A DNA stretch of 64,000 nt from an uncultured Puniceicoccaceae bacterium (GCA_963933835.1 CAWVVV010000003.1:128001-192000); one strand, 5' to 3'. Numbered from the stretch's first letter, positions 38,994-50,223 are shown. Translations and numbers: made by a program. The notes: generated from the letters alone by a model not told the origin.

Positions 38994-39031
38994 TACAGCT
39001 CCTCGAACGAATAGGGATCGAGCCTGAGTGC

Positions 39032-39835
39032 TCAAGTCTTAGGCAAAGGCTGTGGTGCTGCCCTAAGGATGCGTAGAAATGTCACACCCGAAGTCACTAC
39101 TCCGAAAATGAGTAAGATGAAAAACGGAACGCGCACAAAAAACGCCGCGAGGAAGCAAAGAACCATAATACCGATGACGTAAAGAAGTGCCCTCACGAGT
39201 CGCACTTCGTATTCCTCTTTCAAGGCCCCAGGGAAAAGCCGGATAAAAGCCGCTTGTCGTTCGTATTGACTCTGTGGATACGCGAGCGGCGGCAACTCCA
39301 CGGTGCCCGTATTCGGGTCCAGACTCACTGCGCCGAGCTTCGCGAGCTGCTTCACTTTCTCCTCTACTTGACGAAAGGCCATCCGCGAGTGCCCCGCTAG
39401 ATCACTGATTCGCACTGAGCCAGAGAGGTTTTGCATCAAGTAGACGAGCTCATGTTGCCAATTTGCATTCGCTGGCCACGGATCACTTTCAGCCAAGGTG
39501 CGCAGCTCATTTTCCACCTCACGGATCACATCCTCACTCAAGACTTGTGCTGAGTCCTCCGGTAAAGGCGCATTTGAGAAGACACAGCGCTCAGGTTTAA
39601 AGGCGGTTTGTGGGCGATCAACAAACTGTGGAAAATGGTAGCTAACAAAATCCCCCACCCGGTCTTTCTCAACAAAGTCACTCGTCGCTAGCTTATCGAG
39701 CACCTGCTCAACCATCCACAGGCTCACTGGCACGTAAGGCAGCAATTGAACCGGGTGCACCACCCCACTCTGCGAAGCCGCCAAGCGCTCCGCTAGATTC
39801 TCAACCACTACCGGCCACGTCAAAGATTGCATCAC
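39032..39835 (-). CDS. Hypothetical protein with winged-helix-like segments and two C-terminal TM helices
   Basis: 267-codon ORF; ISDLAGHSRM..VKQLAKLGAV; hydrophobic C-terminus. Confidence 0.6.
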   Translation of the reverse strand: MMQSLTWPVVVENLAERLAASQSGVVHPVQLLPYVPVSLWMVEQVLDKLATSDFVEKDRVGDFVSYHFPQFVDRPQTAFKPERCVFSNAPLPEDSAQVLSEDVIREVENELRTLAESDPWPANANWQHELVYLMQNLSGSVRISDLAGHSRMAFRQVEEKVKQLAKLGAVSLDPNTGTVELPPLAYPQSQYERQAAFIRLFPGALKEEYEVRLVRALLYVIGIMVLCFLAAFFVRVPFFILLIFGVVTSGVTFLRILRAAPQPLPKT

Positions 39836-39931
39836 CGATCAGAGTTAGCCCGCTCCTCTTCCTCTGCAAGGATATCAGGAAGAAGCGCGAAGCGCCTGCG
39901 GACAACGCACTGTCGTCGTATTTCAGAATGC

Positions 39932-39959
39932 AAAAAGCCCTGACCGGAGTCAGGGCTTT
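39932..39959 (-). terminator. Terminator downstream of tRNA-Tyr
   Basis: AAAAAGCCCTGAC-CGGA-GTCAGGGCTTT hairpin. Confidence 0.8.
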
Positions 39960-39966
39960 CATAAAG

Positions 39967-40052
<86 letters not shown>

Positions 40053-40157
40053 GTGGGAAAAAGCAGAGGAAAGAAAGGATGGTTGAGCGTCTTGCCAAGT
40101 CGTTTTTCACCTTGGGCGAAAGTTTCTTTCCTTTTTTCGAATTTCGAAAGCTGATTT

Positions 40158-43100
40158 CTAGTCGAGGGATCGAGCTAGAACGACGCGGAAGCCAATCGAA
40201 GGCGAGACGTGTTCGGGGTCTCGTGCATCACGAGAGGCAGATCGGCAGCGGTCGGCAGGATCTGTCCAAGAACCGCCTCGAATCGGGCGCCCGCGCCCCA
40301 CTCCATCGCGCCAAAAGTCTTCTACGCTACCCCCGGAAGCCTTTCGTTGTAAGCATCAAGGGCCCATTCGGAAACATTGCCCGCAATATCATAAAGGCCC
40401 CATGCGTTCGGGGCAAAACTAGCGACAGCGAGGCTACCGACATTTCCTCGATTACTCACTGTCTGATTGTAGTCGCGGGGATACTCACCAACAAAATTAC
40501 TGTCTTTCCCATCAGCTTCTTTACCAAAGTAAAACGGAGTCGTCGAACCAGCGCGGGCGGCATACTCCCACTCCGCCTCGGTTGGCAGCCGATAGACATA
40601 CCCTTTTGGCAAGCGCCCAAAGGCGTTTTCCTTCTCTGTCAAACGCCGGAAAAACTCTATGGCGGCGTGCCAACTGACGCTATCAACGGGGAACTGCGAG
40701 CCGTGATAGCGTGACGGATTTGAGCCCATGATGGCTTCGTAAGTCGCCTGCGTGACCTCAGTTGACGCAACCCAAAGCCCAGAGCTGAAACTGGCGCGCG
40801 TGAGCTCATCTTCATTTGGGCGACGGTGGGCTTCGCGGACCGGGCTACCAAATCGCCCTGTACCACTGGAAATCCAAATCATATTGAGGGGAAGGTTCGG
40901 CGCGGTCCAGGACTCACCGATGTTTGGCCCAGGCAAACTTCGGAGGGCGGGATCCCACTTAGCGCTTCCATTGGCTGGGAGGAGAAAGTCTTTTCCAACC
41001 GAGTAGTGGTCAGGCGATCCAACGATGATGCGAAGGGGCTCGCCTGCAGAGGCCTGAAATTGGCCGTCAACGAGAGGTTTCCGCGCGCCATTCCATTCAA
41101 CCCAGTAGTCCGAGGCCGCCTCAGGCAGCTGAACACTAACCGTGGCAGGCCGTGGCCTAAGGTCGACCGCTAGGCGTTTGAGCGTTTCGTCGACGATCGA
41201 GATCGGTCCACCGCGCGGCAGGTAGTCAGGATGCTCGACACGGACGGTGTGCGAGCCGGCTAGTAGACTTATCTGCAGATCGGCTATGGATTGGTAAATG
41301 CGGTCTTCGACGATGATACGGAGACCGGCGAGGACGGTTTCGTCGACTGCGCGCCCGCGGAGGGTTACGGTGAGTTTAAGGTCTCCTTGAGCAGCCTCAA
41401 CGTTGCCAAAATCCAAGACATTTTCCCGCCCTGGGAAGAGGATCACTTCCTTCTCGCGGGTGCGTAAGTTTCCGCCCCCGACGACGACTTTCACCGGATC
41501 CGGCCAGAGAAGATCGTCGAGTATCAGTGGCGTTTTTCCGAGGAGGCTTCCATCGATGCGAACAGGCAAACCGGCAGGATTTGAGACCACTTTGAGGCTC
41601 GCGGGAAGGGGAACAGGCTCGGCTATAAGCTCGGTCCATTCTCCCTCGCCTAAGACGGTGTCGGGAAACTCAACCGTCTCATGCCCCGGCCGGCTGACAA
41701 CGATGGTATAGGTTTGGGCAAAGAGCCGTGACTCAACCACGAGGACGTCTCCCTCCGGCACGTAATCGAGAAAAATATTTTCGCCGGATGGTTGCCGGAT
41801 GTCGAGACGACTACCGCTCGGAGCGACGAGTCGTAAGTTAGCCCACGCAAGCGGAAGGTTGATCTCCTTTGTCTGTAATTCGTCCGTGAGCGTAATCGCG
41901 ATGCGCTCGGCGATGTGCTGTGGCGCCTGAACGATTCCGATATATTCGCGTCTCTTCCCTACGAGCGCGACTTCACCGTTGGCGGTAATGAAACTTGCGA
42001 CGCCTTCGCCAAAGAACTTCACCTGTGCGTATGCTGGACTGATCTTGAAGATGACTTGGGGCGATTTTTCGCCCGCGGCAAAAATCTGCGGACCTGATGC
42101 TGAGCCACTATCAATCTCCAGCACGCTATAGAGGAGGAAAGCAGTCGCAACGGCGCAAAGGCCAAAAATCACCAGAACACCGATCCGAATATAGCGCCCA
42201 ACCTCCTTGTTCACCCGATTCTCGACCGACTTCGGCAGGGGAACCCGATCAAGCTTATGCACCCGTTCAGGACCGAGGTGGAGGTGCTCCACTCGCTCAA
42301 GGTCAGTCGCGACAGCGATCGTCGTCTGATAGCGCGCGGCGGGATCGTTTTCTAAAAGCCGTCCCAAATAGAGCGCCCAGCCAGGATGTATCTCAGTGTC
42401 GACGGAGGCATCTTCACCACCAGTGACTTCGCGAATATGGCCAGCGAGAAGGTTATGGCTGAGGACTCCCAGTGAAAAAAGGTCGGAACGAACGTCGGCA
42501 GGCTCTTCGTTTCGCCATTCCGGGCTGAGGGCGTCGAGGACGGTGTAGTTTGGGCCGTCACTCGTTTCTCTTTGAAGCGGAACGATAGCTGAACTGACAA
42601 AAATCTCGAATTTCCGCCGAGAGACGCTCTGGAGGACACCGAAGCCCCACACCTTGATCGCCCCAGAGTCCTCGATTAGAATAAAATCGGGGGTGATGCC
42701 ATAGTGATGAACCTTCACTACGGAGGCGCTTTCGATTGAAAGAATCGTCCGCTGGATGAGGCCCTTAATCTCAGGCGACGTCATCGCCTCCTCGTCTTCA
42801 GCACGTTCAGCTTTGCGACGAGTAGAAAGCGTCCGGCCCGACCAATCCGGATATTGGATTGCGATCGTATCTTCGAAATCGACGACCTCTTCGGGCTGCA
42901 GGAGGAGATCGCTCTCGACCTTCGAAAGCTGCTCGACTCGCTTCACCAGCTGCTTGCGCATCTGTGTGTCCTTGCCCAGACCGGATGGAATAACCTGCAA
43001 AAGCCGCACCCCAACCCCACGATTCACGCGTACGCGATAAAGAGGCCCAAGCAAGGTGACAGCGAGCTGATCGACGATTTCAAATCGTCCCACACGCTCG

Positions 43101-43165
43101 CCCACATTCTTGAGTTCACTGGTCACACTTGAGCCGTAGTGTGAAAGGCTTTCACTCACTTCCAT
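40158..43165 (-). pseudogene. Pseudokinase-TM-PEGA-FGE/SUMF1 domain protein, frameshifted near the 3' end
   Basis: Kinase-like N-terminus, PEGA-like VSNPAG, LPTEAEWEYAARAG and GNVSEW; RGGSW..GFRVV continues in another frame after the C5 run at 40330-40334. Confidence 0.8.
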
Positions 43166-43357
43166 CTAGCTAGCTCAGTTAATCAGTTCGTCGATTTTCA
43201 TGCGAAAAAGGTCCATCCAGGGAACGGACTGAGATCAGTCACAAATTCCCCTTAAGAGTGTTATCGGATGAGCAGCAATCCGATGAAGCATCTAGGGGAT
43301 TTTCCTGGGCCAAATCCGCAAGTTTTTACACAAGCGCGGGAGAACTTAAACTGCAGT

Positions 43358-44167
43358 TCAAGGAATTCTCAGAACCTGCCCTGGGCGGAGCGCATTCTGT
43401 GATGGGAGCAAATTTCGGTTCGCTTCGAAGATTTCCTGCCATTTTCCGGCATTTCCATATATCTCGCGACTGATCTTCGAGAGCGTATCGCCAGCCTGAA
43501 CGGCGTAGGTGCGTCCACTTTGAGCAGCGGGTGAATTAGGAAGAATAGTGCGCTGCTCGACCACGATCGGAGCGAGCGGAGCTTGTCGGGTCGGCTGATT
43601 ACGAACAGCAGCCACCTGTTGCTCGAGCACACCAGAGCGCTCCTGCCATTGTGCCAGCTCCCTCCGTAGGCGAGAAAGTTCAGCCCGGAGCGTGGTGTTG
43701 TGCTCCTCAGCGGATTGCAGCCGGGTGTAGACATCGAGGCGCTCGACTTCATCCATCAAAGGCTCACCAGGGAGACTGCGCATAAAGTCTTTCACCGCCG
43801 TCGTGACCTGCTCTTTTACCCGATTCGCATGTTCTCCGTTCGGATTGATCGTGAGATACCGGTTAAAATGGTAATAGGCAGAGACGGGATCTTTGATCTT
43901 GTTGAGATAAATCAAACCAACCTCGAGATGACTCTCTGGGGCCTTGGCGCGACCAGCGATGACTTCTTCGAAAGCAATCAAGGCCTCCCGGTGATTACCT
44001 TCACGCTGGAGACCCTGTCCACGACGGTAGGCGCGCTCCTGTATCTCCGGCAGGAGTTCTTGCGTTCGCTGGGGGCAGCCAACGAGAAATAATAGCGCAA
44101 ACAAAACAGCGAGGCCCGAGGATAAACGGTGCCTTTGAGAGATTCGCCTTTGCTTGTTTAACCACAT
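43358..44167 (-). CDS. TPR plus coiled-coil plus LysM lipoprotein
   Basis: Lipobox LVGC, TPR helices, YAVQAGDTLSKIS..LRPGQVLRIP. Confidence 0.88.
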   Translation of the reverse strand: MWLNKQRRISQRHRLSSGLAVLFALLFLVGCPQRTQELLPEIQERAYRRGQGLQREGNHREALIAFEEVIAGRAKAPESHLEVGLIYLNKIKDPVSAYYHFNRYLTINPNGEHANRVKEQVTTAVKDFMRSLPGEPLMDEVERLDVYTRLQSAEEHNTTLRAELSRLRRELAQWQERSGVLEQQVAAVRNQPTRQAPLAPIVVEQRTILPNSPAAQSGRTYAVQAGDTLSKISREIYGNAGKWQEIFEANRNLLPSQNALRPGQVLRIP

Positions 44168-44239
44168 CCTAAAAACTTGTCAGTCCAGAGCCCACTGACG
44201 CAACTGAAAGCGACGGCCATTTTTTAAAATATTTCGCGC

Positions 44240-44815
44240 ATGACCTCCCACCTCAACATCACTGCTCTCGTCCACGAAAAACTCCAGAGCTCATTAGCGC
44301 CCGCGAGTTGCGCTATCGATGCGACTGCCGGGAACGGTCATGACGCTGTATTCATTTCTCAAACACTCGGAGCGGACGGACAACTGCACCTCATCGACTG
44401 CCAAGAAAGTGCCCTTCGAGCAACACGAGAGAGAATGAACGATCAAAGCTCAACACCTCATACCCACTACCATCTAGGCAATCATGGAGCGGTGCTAGAG
44501 CAGCTTTGCAAAACGCACCAAGGGAAGGTTGCAGCGTGCATTTTTAACCTCGGGTATCTCCCTGGCGGGGACAAGACGATCACAACAACACAGTCAAACA
44601 CCCTCCGCGCGCTCGAAGCAACGAGCACCCTATTGGCCCCCGGCGGTATTCTCTCAATCGTCTGCTACCCCGGGCACCCCGAGGGAGCCGCAGAAGCTGC
44701 CGCCGTAAGCGCCTGGGCAGAAAAGCAGAAAGCAGCCAATCTCTACAAACTCGAAGCGTATCAGAATACTGGGACAATGCGACCGGGCCCCTACCTTCTT
44801 TGGCTAGTAAAATAG
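44240..44815 (+). CDS. YtqB/MnmM-like SAM-dependent RNA methyltransferase
   Basis: IDATAGNGHD, FNLGYLPGGDK and YPGHPEG motifs. Confidence 0.85.
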   Translation: MTSHLNITALVHEKLQSSLAPASCAIDATAGNGHDAVFISQTLGADGQLHLIDCQESALRATRERMNDQSSTPHTHYHLGNHGAVLEQLCKTHQGKVAACIFNLGYLPGGDKTITTTQSNTLRALEATSTLLAPGGILSIVCYPGHPEGAAEAAAVSAWAEKQKAANLYKLEAYQNTGTMRPGPYLLWLVK

Positions 44816-44880
44816 AGGTAGGCCAGAGCAGCACTTTGGGTGGCATCGCGGTGAGCCCAAGGATTACCCGTGGTTTTGAA

Positions 44881-44961
44881 TCGAGGGACCGGCTCCTGCC
44901 GGTCCGCGGACGGTTTTACGAGCTCTTCCATGCGTTGGACCGACGTGAGCCAGTCCCTCCA
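44881..44961. repeat. Inverted doublet of GGAG-type REP-like palindromes
   Basis: TCGAGGGACCGGCTCCTGCCGGTCC and (reverse complement) TGGAGGGACTGGCTCACGTCGGTCC. Confidence 0.7.
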
Positions 44962-45069
44962 GCGCAAGATACAAAATTTCCAATACCTTTCGTGAATTCA
45001 CCCAAGCGCATGCGTAGCTAAACTTTTTCCTAGGCAAGGATTCGCGCCTCACCTACATTTTTGCCCTAC

Positions 45070-46818
45070 ATGGCTGATCGACCAACGGAATCATGGAACT
45101 CCCGCCTCGGTGTCATCCTCGCTGTCTCAGGCAGCGCGGTCGGACTCGGTAACTTTTTGCGCTTCCCTGGAAACGTAGCGGAGTACGGTGGCGGAGCCTT
45201 CATGCTCGCCTACTTTATCGGCTTCATCCTCCTCGGGCTACCAATCTGTTGGGCTGAGTGGACGATGGGGCGACGCGGCGGACAGCTCGGCTTCAACTCT
45301 AGCCCAGCTATCCTCAGCGCTCTCTCGGGCAAGGCTTGGATGAAATGGCTGGGCGTCATCGGCATGGTCATACCGGTCTGTATCTACATGTATTACGTCT
45401 ACATCGAGGCGTGGTGCCTAGGGTATGCGGTCAACTTTGCAACCGGCTCGATGGACTTCGCTAATGTCGGCGAATCAACAAACTTCTGGGTCGATTTTAT
45501 CGGGGCAGCAAAAGATGGCAGCGCGATCGGCTTCGGACTGAAGAGCGTCGGCTTCTTTCTTCTGATCTGTTTCGTGCTGAATTTCTTTCTTATCTATCGC
45601 GGGATTTCAAAAGGGATCGAGTTCTTCTGTAAATACGCCATGCCGGCGTTACTTGTCCTCGCGTGTGTCATTCTCGTTCGCGTCCTGACTCTAGGCACCC
45701 CTGACACCGCGTTTCCTGATCGCAACGTTGAGAACGGGCTCGGCTTCATGTGGAACCCGAACAAGACCTTCCTCGAGACGCGCGATGCCGGCACAGGGGA
45801 ATGGGACCGCGGCTCAGCTGAAATCCTCGGCAAGGGTAACCTCAAGACGAACGAAGCCCTCGTCGCCGCCTCGGGTGGAGAGAAGCGACTCGTGAAGGTG
45901 TCTTTTGTCGCACAGCTTCTTCGCCCCGACCTCTGGCTCGCCGCCGTCGGGCAGATTTTCTTCAGCCTCTCAGTAGGCTTTGGCATCATTATTACGTACG
46001 CGAGCTACTTGAAACCAAAGGACGACATCGTCCTAAGTGGACTGAGTGCGACCTCGGCCAATGAGTTTGCCGAAGTCGGCCTCGGTGGTCTCATCACGCT
46101 GCCTGCTGCTTTCATGTTCCTCGGTTCAGCGGGACTAGTGGGGGCAGGTCTCGGCACCTTTGACCTCGGCTTCAAAGTCCTCCCGATGGTTTTTGCGAGC
46201 ATGCCTGCGGGGAACTTCTTTGGCTTCCTCTTCTTCTTCCTCCTTTTCCTCGCGGCCGTCACGAGTTCGCTCTCGATGCTTCAGCCTGGCATCGCCTTCA
46301 TCGAAGAAGCACTCGATATCGGGCGCAAGCAATCCGTCGCGATCCTAGGCCTCATCACTGCTTTCGGCGCCCTCTTCGTCGTTTACTTCAGCGCCGATGC
46401 CAAGGCCCTCGACACGATCGACTTCTGGGCTGGAACTTTCCTCATCTTTATTTTGGCGACAATCGAGATCATCATTTTCTCTTGGGTCGTGGGGATTAAA
46501 AAGGGGCTCTCTTGGGCACACGAAGGAGCCCTCATTCGCATCCCTCGCTGGACCTCATTTACGATGGTCTGGATCAGCCCGTTTTTTCTGTTGGTCATCT
46601 TCGTCCTCTGGGTCTTGCAAAATGTCTTCGGGCTCAGTCTCCAAGGCGGAGAAGCGCAGACGACTAGCTATATCAAGGATCTCTTTATTGAACCGAATCC
46701 AGTTGCATGGATGAGTATCGCGGTGATCGCACTCGTCTGGGGATTTGGAATCGTCGTGGTCTCAGCATCCCGACGCTTTAAAGGAATCGAGAACATTGAA
46801 TTGGAGGAAAACTCATGA
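45070..46818 (+). CDS. Sodium-dependent NSS (LeuT-like) amino acid transporter
   Basis: [25 protein letters not shown] and AAVTSS motifs. Confidence 0.93.
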   Translation: MADRPTESWNSRLGVILAVSGSAVGLGNFLRFPGNVAEYGGGAFMLAYFIGFILLGLPICWAEWTMGRRGGQLGFNSSPAILSALSGKAWMKWLGVIGMVIPVCIYMYYVYIEAWCLGYAVNFATGSMDFANVGESTNFWVDFIGAAKDGSAIGFGLKSVGFFLLICFVLNFFLIYRGISKGIEFFCKYAMPALLVLACVILVRVLTLGTPDTAFPDRNVENGLGFMWNPNKTFLETRDAGTGEWDRGSAEILGKGNLKTNEALVAASGGEKRLVKVSFVAQLLRPDLWLAAVGQIFFSLSVGFGIIITYASYLKPKDDIVLSGLSATSANEFAEVGLGGLITLPAAFMFLGSAGLVGAGLGTFDLGFKVLPMVFASMPAGNFFGFLFFFLLFLAAVTSSLSMLQPGIAFIEEALDIGRKQSVAILGLITAFGALFVVYFSADAKALDTIDFWAGTFLIFILATIEIIIFSWVVGIKKGLSWAHEGALIRIPRWTSFTMVWISPFFLLVIFVLWVLQNVFGLSLQGGEAQTTSYIKDLFIEPNPVAWMSIAVIALVWGFGIVVVSASRRFKGIENIELEENS

Positions 46819-46973
46819 GCACAGGCGGATGGATCATTATGCTTTTATCAGTTGGCGGCGTCACCTCGCTCCTCCTGTGGTGTATTTACAAGGGGCTGAC
46901 GACTCCCGGCGAGACAGACAAGCTGCACGGCTTCGAAGGCGAGACTCCGGACGAAGCCGAGAACCGTTCATGA
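46815..46973 (+). CDS. Single-TM microprotein, MetS-like small subunit of the NSS transporter
   Basis: [32 protein letters not shown], 52 aa, ATGA overlaps at both ends; absent from the ORF track. Confidence 0.75.
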   Translation: MSTGGWIIMLLSVGGVTSLLLWCIYKGLTTPGETDKLHGFEGETPDEAENRS

Positions 46974-47452
46974 GAACATTCCTAAGGCTACTCGTTGGAA
47001 GTGGCACTCTGGCATTTCTCGTCGCCTGCGGAACGGTGCAGGAACACCGCGCCCGGCAGTTCTCATCCGAATGGAAAACGATCGATCCTGTGGCACAAAC
47101 ACGCCTCGGCGCGGCGACAATTCAGCTCAACGATACAAACAAAGCAGTCTACATCGCCCTCGGATCGCCGAACTATACCCTGCCCTATGACTGGAGTTCG
47201 CGCACTTGGACCTGGGTCTACTGGGGCTTTGCACCCGACCAGCCGAAAAGCGATGACGAGGCCCTTCACTTTCTCTCCCGCAGCGAACTACGCCTTCCCG
47301 CTCCAAAGAACGAACGCCAAGCCCTCCGCGTCACCTTCCAAAACACCCGCCTCCTCAAATGGGATCTCGCTGAAATGGACCCCGAGGAATCTCGCAACTC
47401 TGTAAGAGTGGAAATGGGGAAGTTCCCACAGATCACTCGTCATCAAGAGTGA
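46970..47452 (+). CDS. Hypothetical lipoprotein (SmpA/BamE-like pattern)
   Basis: Lipobox VAC; VYIALGSP..WVY. Confidence 0.65.
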   Translation: MRTFLRLLVGSGTLAFLVACGTVQEHRARQFSSEWKTIDPVAQTRLGAATIQLNDTNKAVYIALGSPNYTLPYDWSSRTWTWVYWGFAPDQPKSDDEALHFLSRSELRLPAPKNERQALRVTFQNTRLLKWDLAEMDPEESRNSVRVEMGKFPQITRHQE

Positions 47453-47567
47453 TGGAATGGCGTTGATACACCTAGTTTATCTTGGTGTTTTTCGAAAATT
47501 CGTAACGAGAGTTCATAAAGTCCTTGCCGAGGACTGATTGGGTGCCTTTGTTCTGCGCTTTCCCGAT

Positions 47568-47644
47568 GCACCCGTAGCTCAACTGGATAGAGCACCTGAT
47601 TACGGATCAGGAGGTTAGGGGTTCGAATCCCTTCGGGTGTGCCA
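47568..47644 (+). tRNA. tRNA-Arg(ACG)
   Basis: GCACCCGTAGCTCAACTGGATAGAGC..TTACGGA..GGTTCGAATCC..CCA cloverleaf. Confidence 0.96.
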
Positions 47645-47648
47645 CTTT

Positions 47649-47681
47649 AAAAGCCGCTGGATTTCCAGCGGCTTTTCTTTT
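47649..47681 (+). terminator. Terminator downstream of tRNA-Arg
   Basis: AAAAGCCGCTGG-ATTT-CCAGCGGCTTTTCTTT hairpin. Confidence 0.85.
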
Positions 47682-47720
47682 GCCCAAATGCGGCGCGCTC
47701 ATCCGCTCCGCGTACTGAGG

Positions 47721-47795
47721 TGGAGGTCCCGCTCCTGCCGGACCACAAGGCACACATGAAGGCTCTGTGGCGGACGGGCGGAGCCCATCCCTCCA
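47721..47795. repeat. Inverted doublet of GGAG-type REP-like palindromes
   Basis: TGGAGGTCCCGCTCCTGCCGGACC and (reverse complement) TGGAGGGATGGGCTCCGCCCGTCC. Confidence 0.7.
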
Positions 47796-47911
47796 ATACG
47801 CAATTTCAGTCTATTCAGTCGTCGAAACGAAAATCGGCATGTAATTGAATGATTGTAATACAGCACCTCAAGGAACTGATCGCGAATGGGTCTTTAAACG
47901 TGTGGGACGCG

Positions 47912-50182
47912 TTAATGACCAAAATCCCAAGACACCCCGACGCGCCAGCGCGCAGGTGGACCAGCCCGTAGGCCATGGGGCAGGCGTGAAGCGACGTATA
48001 CCTCATCGAAGACGTTGCTTCCGATAAGATACACTTCCAGTGCTTCCGTTACCTGATAACGCGCGCTAAAATCCACCGTCGTATGCGCATCGATCTTTCC
48101 GACCCGAACATCGGTCGGACTCGCATCCAGATTATCTCCAGTGCCATAGGTTTCGTCGACGAAGGATAGGCTCGCCGCGAGCGTCATTGGACCCTTGCGC
48201 ACGCTCACCTGAGCAAAGAAATGCCACTCGGGGATGTAGGGCAAATCGTTATCCGCCATTGCATTAAAAAAGATCGATTCAGGATCCGTCGAGGCCGAGG
48301 CACCGTCGAACACTGCGTCGGTATAAGTGACACCCCAAGTCAGCGGTATCTCCCACTCTCCGAGGTCAAAAACGGAGTGCAGATCCAAGCCACCCTGTAG
48401 TTCGATGCCTTGAACGATGACTTCGCCCACATTTTCGTCGCTCGTCCCGGATCCAATGCTTTCGGCTACGATCAGGTCGTTGAAATCAGAGCGAAAGAGG
48501 ACGACTTCGCCAAACCACGCCGCATCACTCGGAGACTTACGAAGGCCAAGTTCAAAGCTGTTTGAGCTCTCTTCTTTGAGACCTTTCAGGGCACCTGATG
48601 GCGAGGTCGGCGACACGCCACGATAAGCTCCACCAAAAACGAGCCAATCAGCGTTAAACAGATAGGTCGCACCCAGCCCTGGAACGAAATAATCATAGCT
48701 ATCTTCCGCTACTTGAGCCGGATCGCGCTTATCAGCACGAAAATAGTCCCAGCGCACATGCTCCCAGCGCACCCCCGGCTTAAGCGTCAAGGCACCGACG
48801 GAAATCGAGTCCTCGAGATAAACGCTCCATGCATCACTCTCTTGGCGACGATCACCCTGGGTATCTGGGCCTAGACGCGAATTGTAAGTCCACGCGCCGG
48901 TGGCATCCTGATCGTAGAGATCTGACCACTGATAACGGCGGATATAATCTGTATGATAGCGGACACCGATCTCGAACTCATGGTGCTGATTCGCGACCAC
49001 TATATCATGTAGCCACTTCGTCTCTACACCTGAGCTACTATAACTCCGGTTGTTTGCTTTCACCTTTAGCTGACCAGGAGCGGCGCCACGCAAGACATCC
49101 AGCTCGGGTGCACCAATTACAACTGCCTTCGAAAGCGTCGTTCCATCGACTTTATCAAGCTTATACCAGTTTCGCTTAAAGTGATTGTAGTAAACAGTGG
49201 TGACAAATTCTCCGAAGTCATCCGTCCGGGCGGTATGGCGCAGGTAGGTGCGCGTCTGATCCGCGTTGTAGTTGTCCATTCGTGAAGCCGCATAGCGACG
49301 CTGCGCATCAAGAGCAAAGTCCTCAGTGCTCAAACCGAGATAGGAAGCTCCAGAGTCGATATCAGAAAAGCCAATCTTCGCCTCAACCGTGTGGTGATCA
49401 CCCGCGCGGTAACGCGTCTTAAACAAATAATCGGTCCGCTCTAGTCCCGTATCATCCGATCCTGCGTAACCCCCACCCAGAGCTGGATTAATCGCGCGCA
49501 TGCCACCAGCATCGCGGTAGTAGACTTCCGCGACATAACCCAAGGATTTGTCCTCCCCCACTTCGAACTCATCTCCATACCAGAGGTGGGCGCGGTAGTC
49601 TTCGTCAGTCCCAACCGAAAGATCGAGACGCCCAGTAGATTCCGTCGGAACTGAACGTGAAATGTAGTTGATCACACCACCCGTAGTGTGGGGACCAAAG
49701 CGCACCTGCGATGAGCCTTTAAGGACCTCAAAGCCCTCCATTCGACCCGCATTAGGAGCGAAGTAAGCCGAAGGCGCCGAGTACAGGGCTGGAGCAATCG
49801 GCACACCGTCTTCCAATAGCGTGACTTTTCCACTACGGCTCGAATCCGCTCCACGCAGGCTGATATTGGGGAACAGCCCAAAGGCATCTTCTTGGCGGAG
49901 ATATAACCCCGGCGTCGCTTTCAACACATTGTTAATATCGTCGAAGCGAAAGGCCTCCACTTGCGCTTGCGTGATCACGTAGCCTGAGCCAGGCTGCAGG
50001 AATGCATCGTCCGCATTTCCAATCACACGGTAGGCGCTCAACTCAACCACATCACCCGAAGTGTCTTGAGCGGTCACAACCATAGATCCCACGACGGCAG
50101 AGGTGAGCCCTGCAACGAGCGTAGAGCGAAAATTGGGTGCTAAAACCGGGTGTTTTTTATTTAGATAGTGTCTCATTCGCAC
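47912..50182 (-). CDS. TonB-dependent receptor (FecA-like iron uptake)
   Basis: PNISLRG, LEDGVP, EVLKGS..GGVINY plug; NVFDEVY and terminal beta strand. Confidence 0.92.
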   Translation of the reverse strand: MRMRHYLNKKHPVLAPNFRSTLVAGLTSAVVGSMVVTAQDTSGDVVELSAYRVIGNADDAFLQPGSGYVITQAQVEAFRFDDINNVLKATPGLYLRQEDAFGLFPNISLRGADSSRSGKVTLLEDGVPIAPALYSAPSAYFAPNAGRMEGFEVLKGSSQVRFGPHTTGGVINYISRSVPTESTGRLDLSVGTDEDYRAHLWYGDEFEVGEDKSLGYVAEVYYRDAGGMRAINPALGGGYAGSDDTGLERTDYLFKTRYRAGDHHTVEAKIGFSDIDSGASYLGLSTEDFALDAQRRYAASRMDNYNADQTRTYLRHTARTDDFGEFVTTVYYNHFKRNWYKLDKVDGTTLSKAVVIGAPELDVLRGAAPGQLKVKANNRSYSSSGVETKWLHDIVVANQHHEFEIGVRYHTDYIRRYQWSDLYDQDATGAWTYNSRLGPDTQGDRRQESDAWSVYLEDSISVGALTLKPGVRWEHVRWDYFRADKRDPAQVAEDSYDYFVPGLGATYLFNADWLVFGGAYRGVSPTSPSGALKGLKEESSNSFELGLRKSPSDAAWFGEVVLFRSDFNDLIVAESIGSGTSDENVGEVIVQGIELQGGLDLHSVFDLGEWEIPLTWGVTYTDAVFDGASASTDPESIFFNAMADNDLPYIPEWHFFAQVSVRKGPMTLAASLSFVDETYGTGDNLDASPTDVRVGKIDAHTTVDFSARYQVTEALEVYLIGSNVFDEVYVASRLPHGLRAGPPARWRVGVSWDFGH

Positions 50183-50223
50183 CCAGAACGGGTTTAATGC
50201 GACACGATGTCAATAAATTAGAT

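Noticed and set aside
40079..40714. 211-aa plus-strand ORF
   Set aside because: Antisense to the well-conserved FGE domain; no motifs of its own.
46745..46969. N-terminal extension of the 235-aa ORF
   Set aside because: The lipoprotein signal starts at ATG 46970; this interval is better explained by the NSS end and the 52-aa microprotein.
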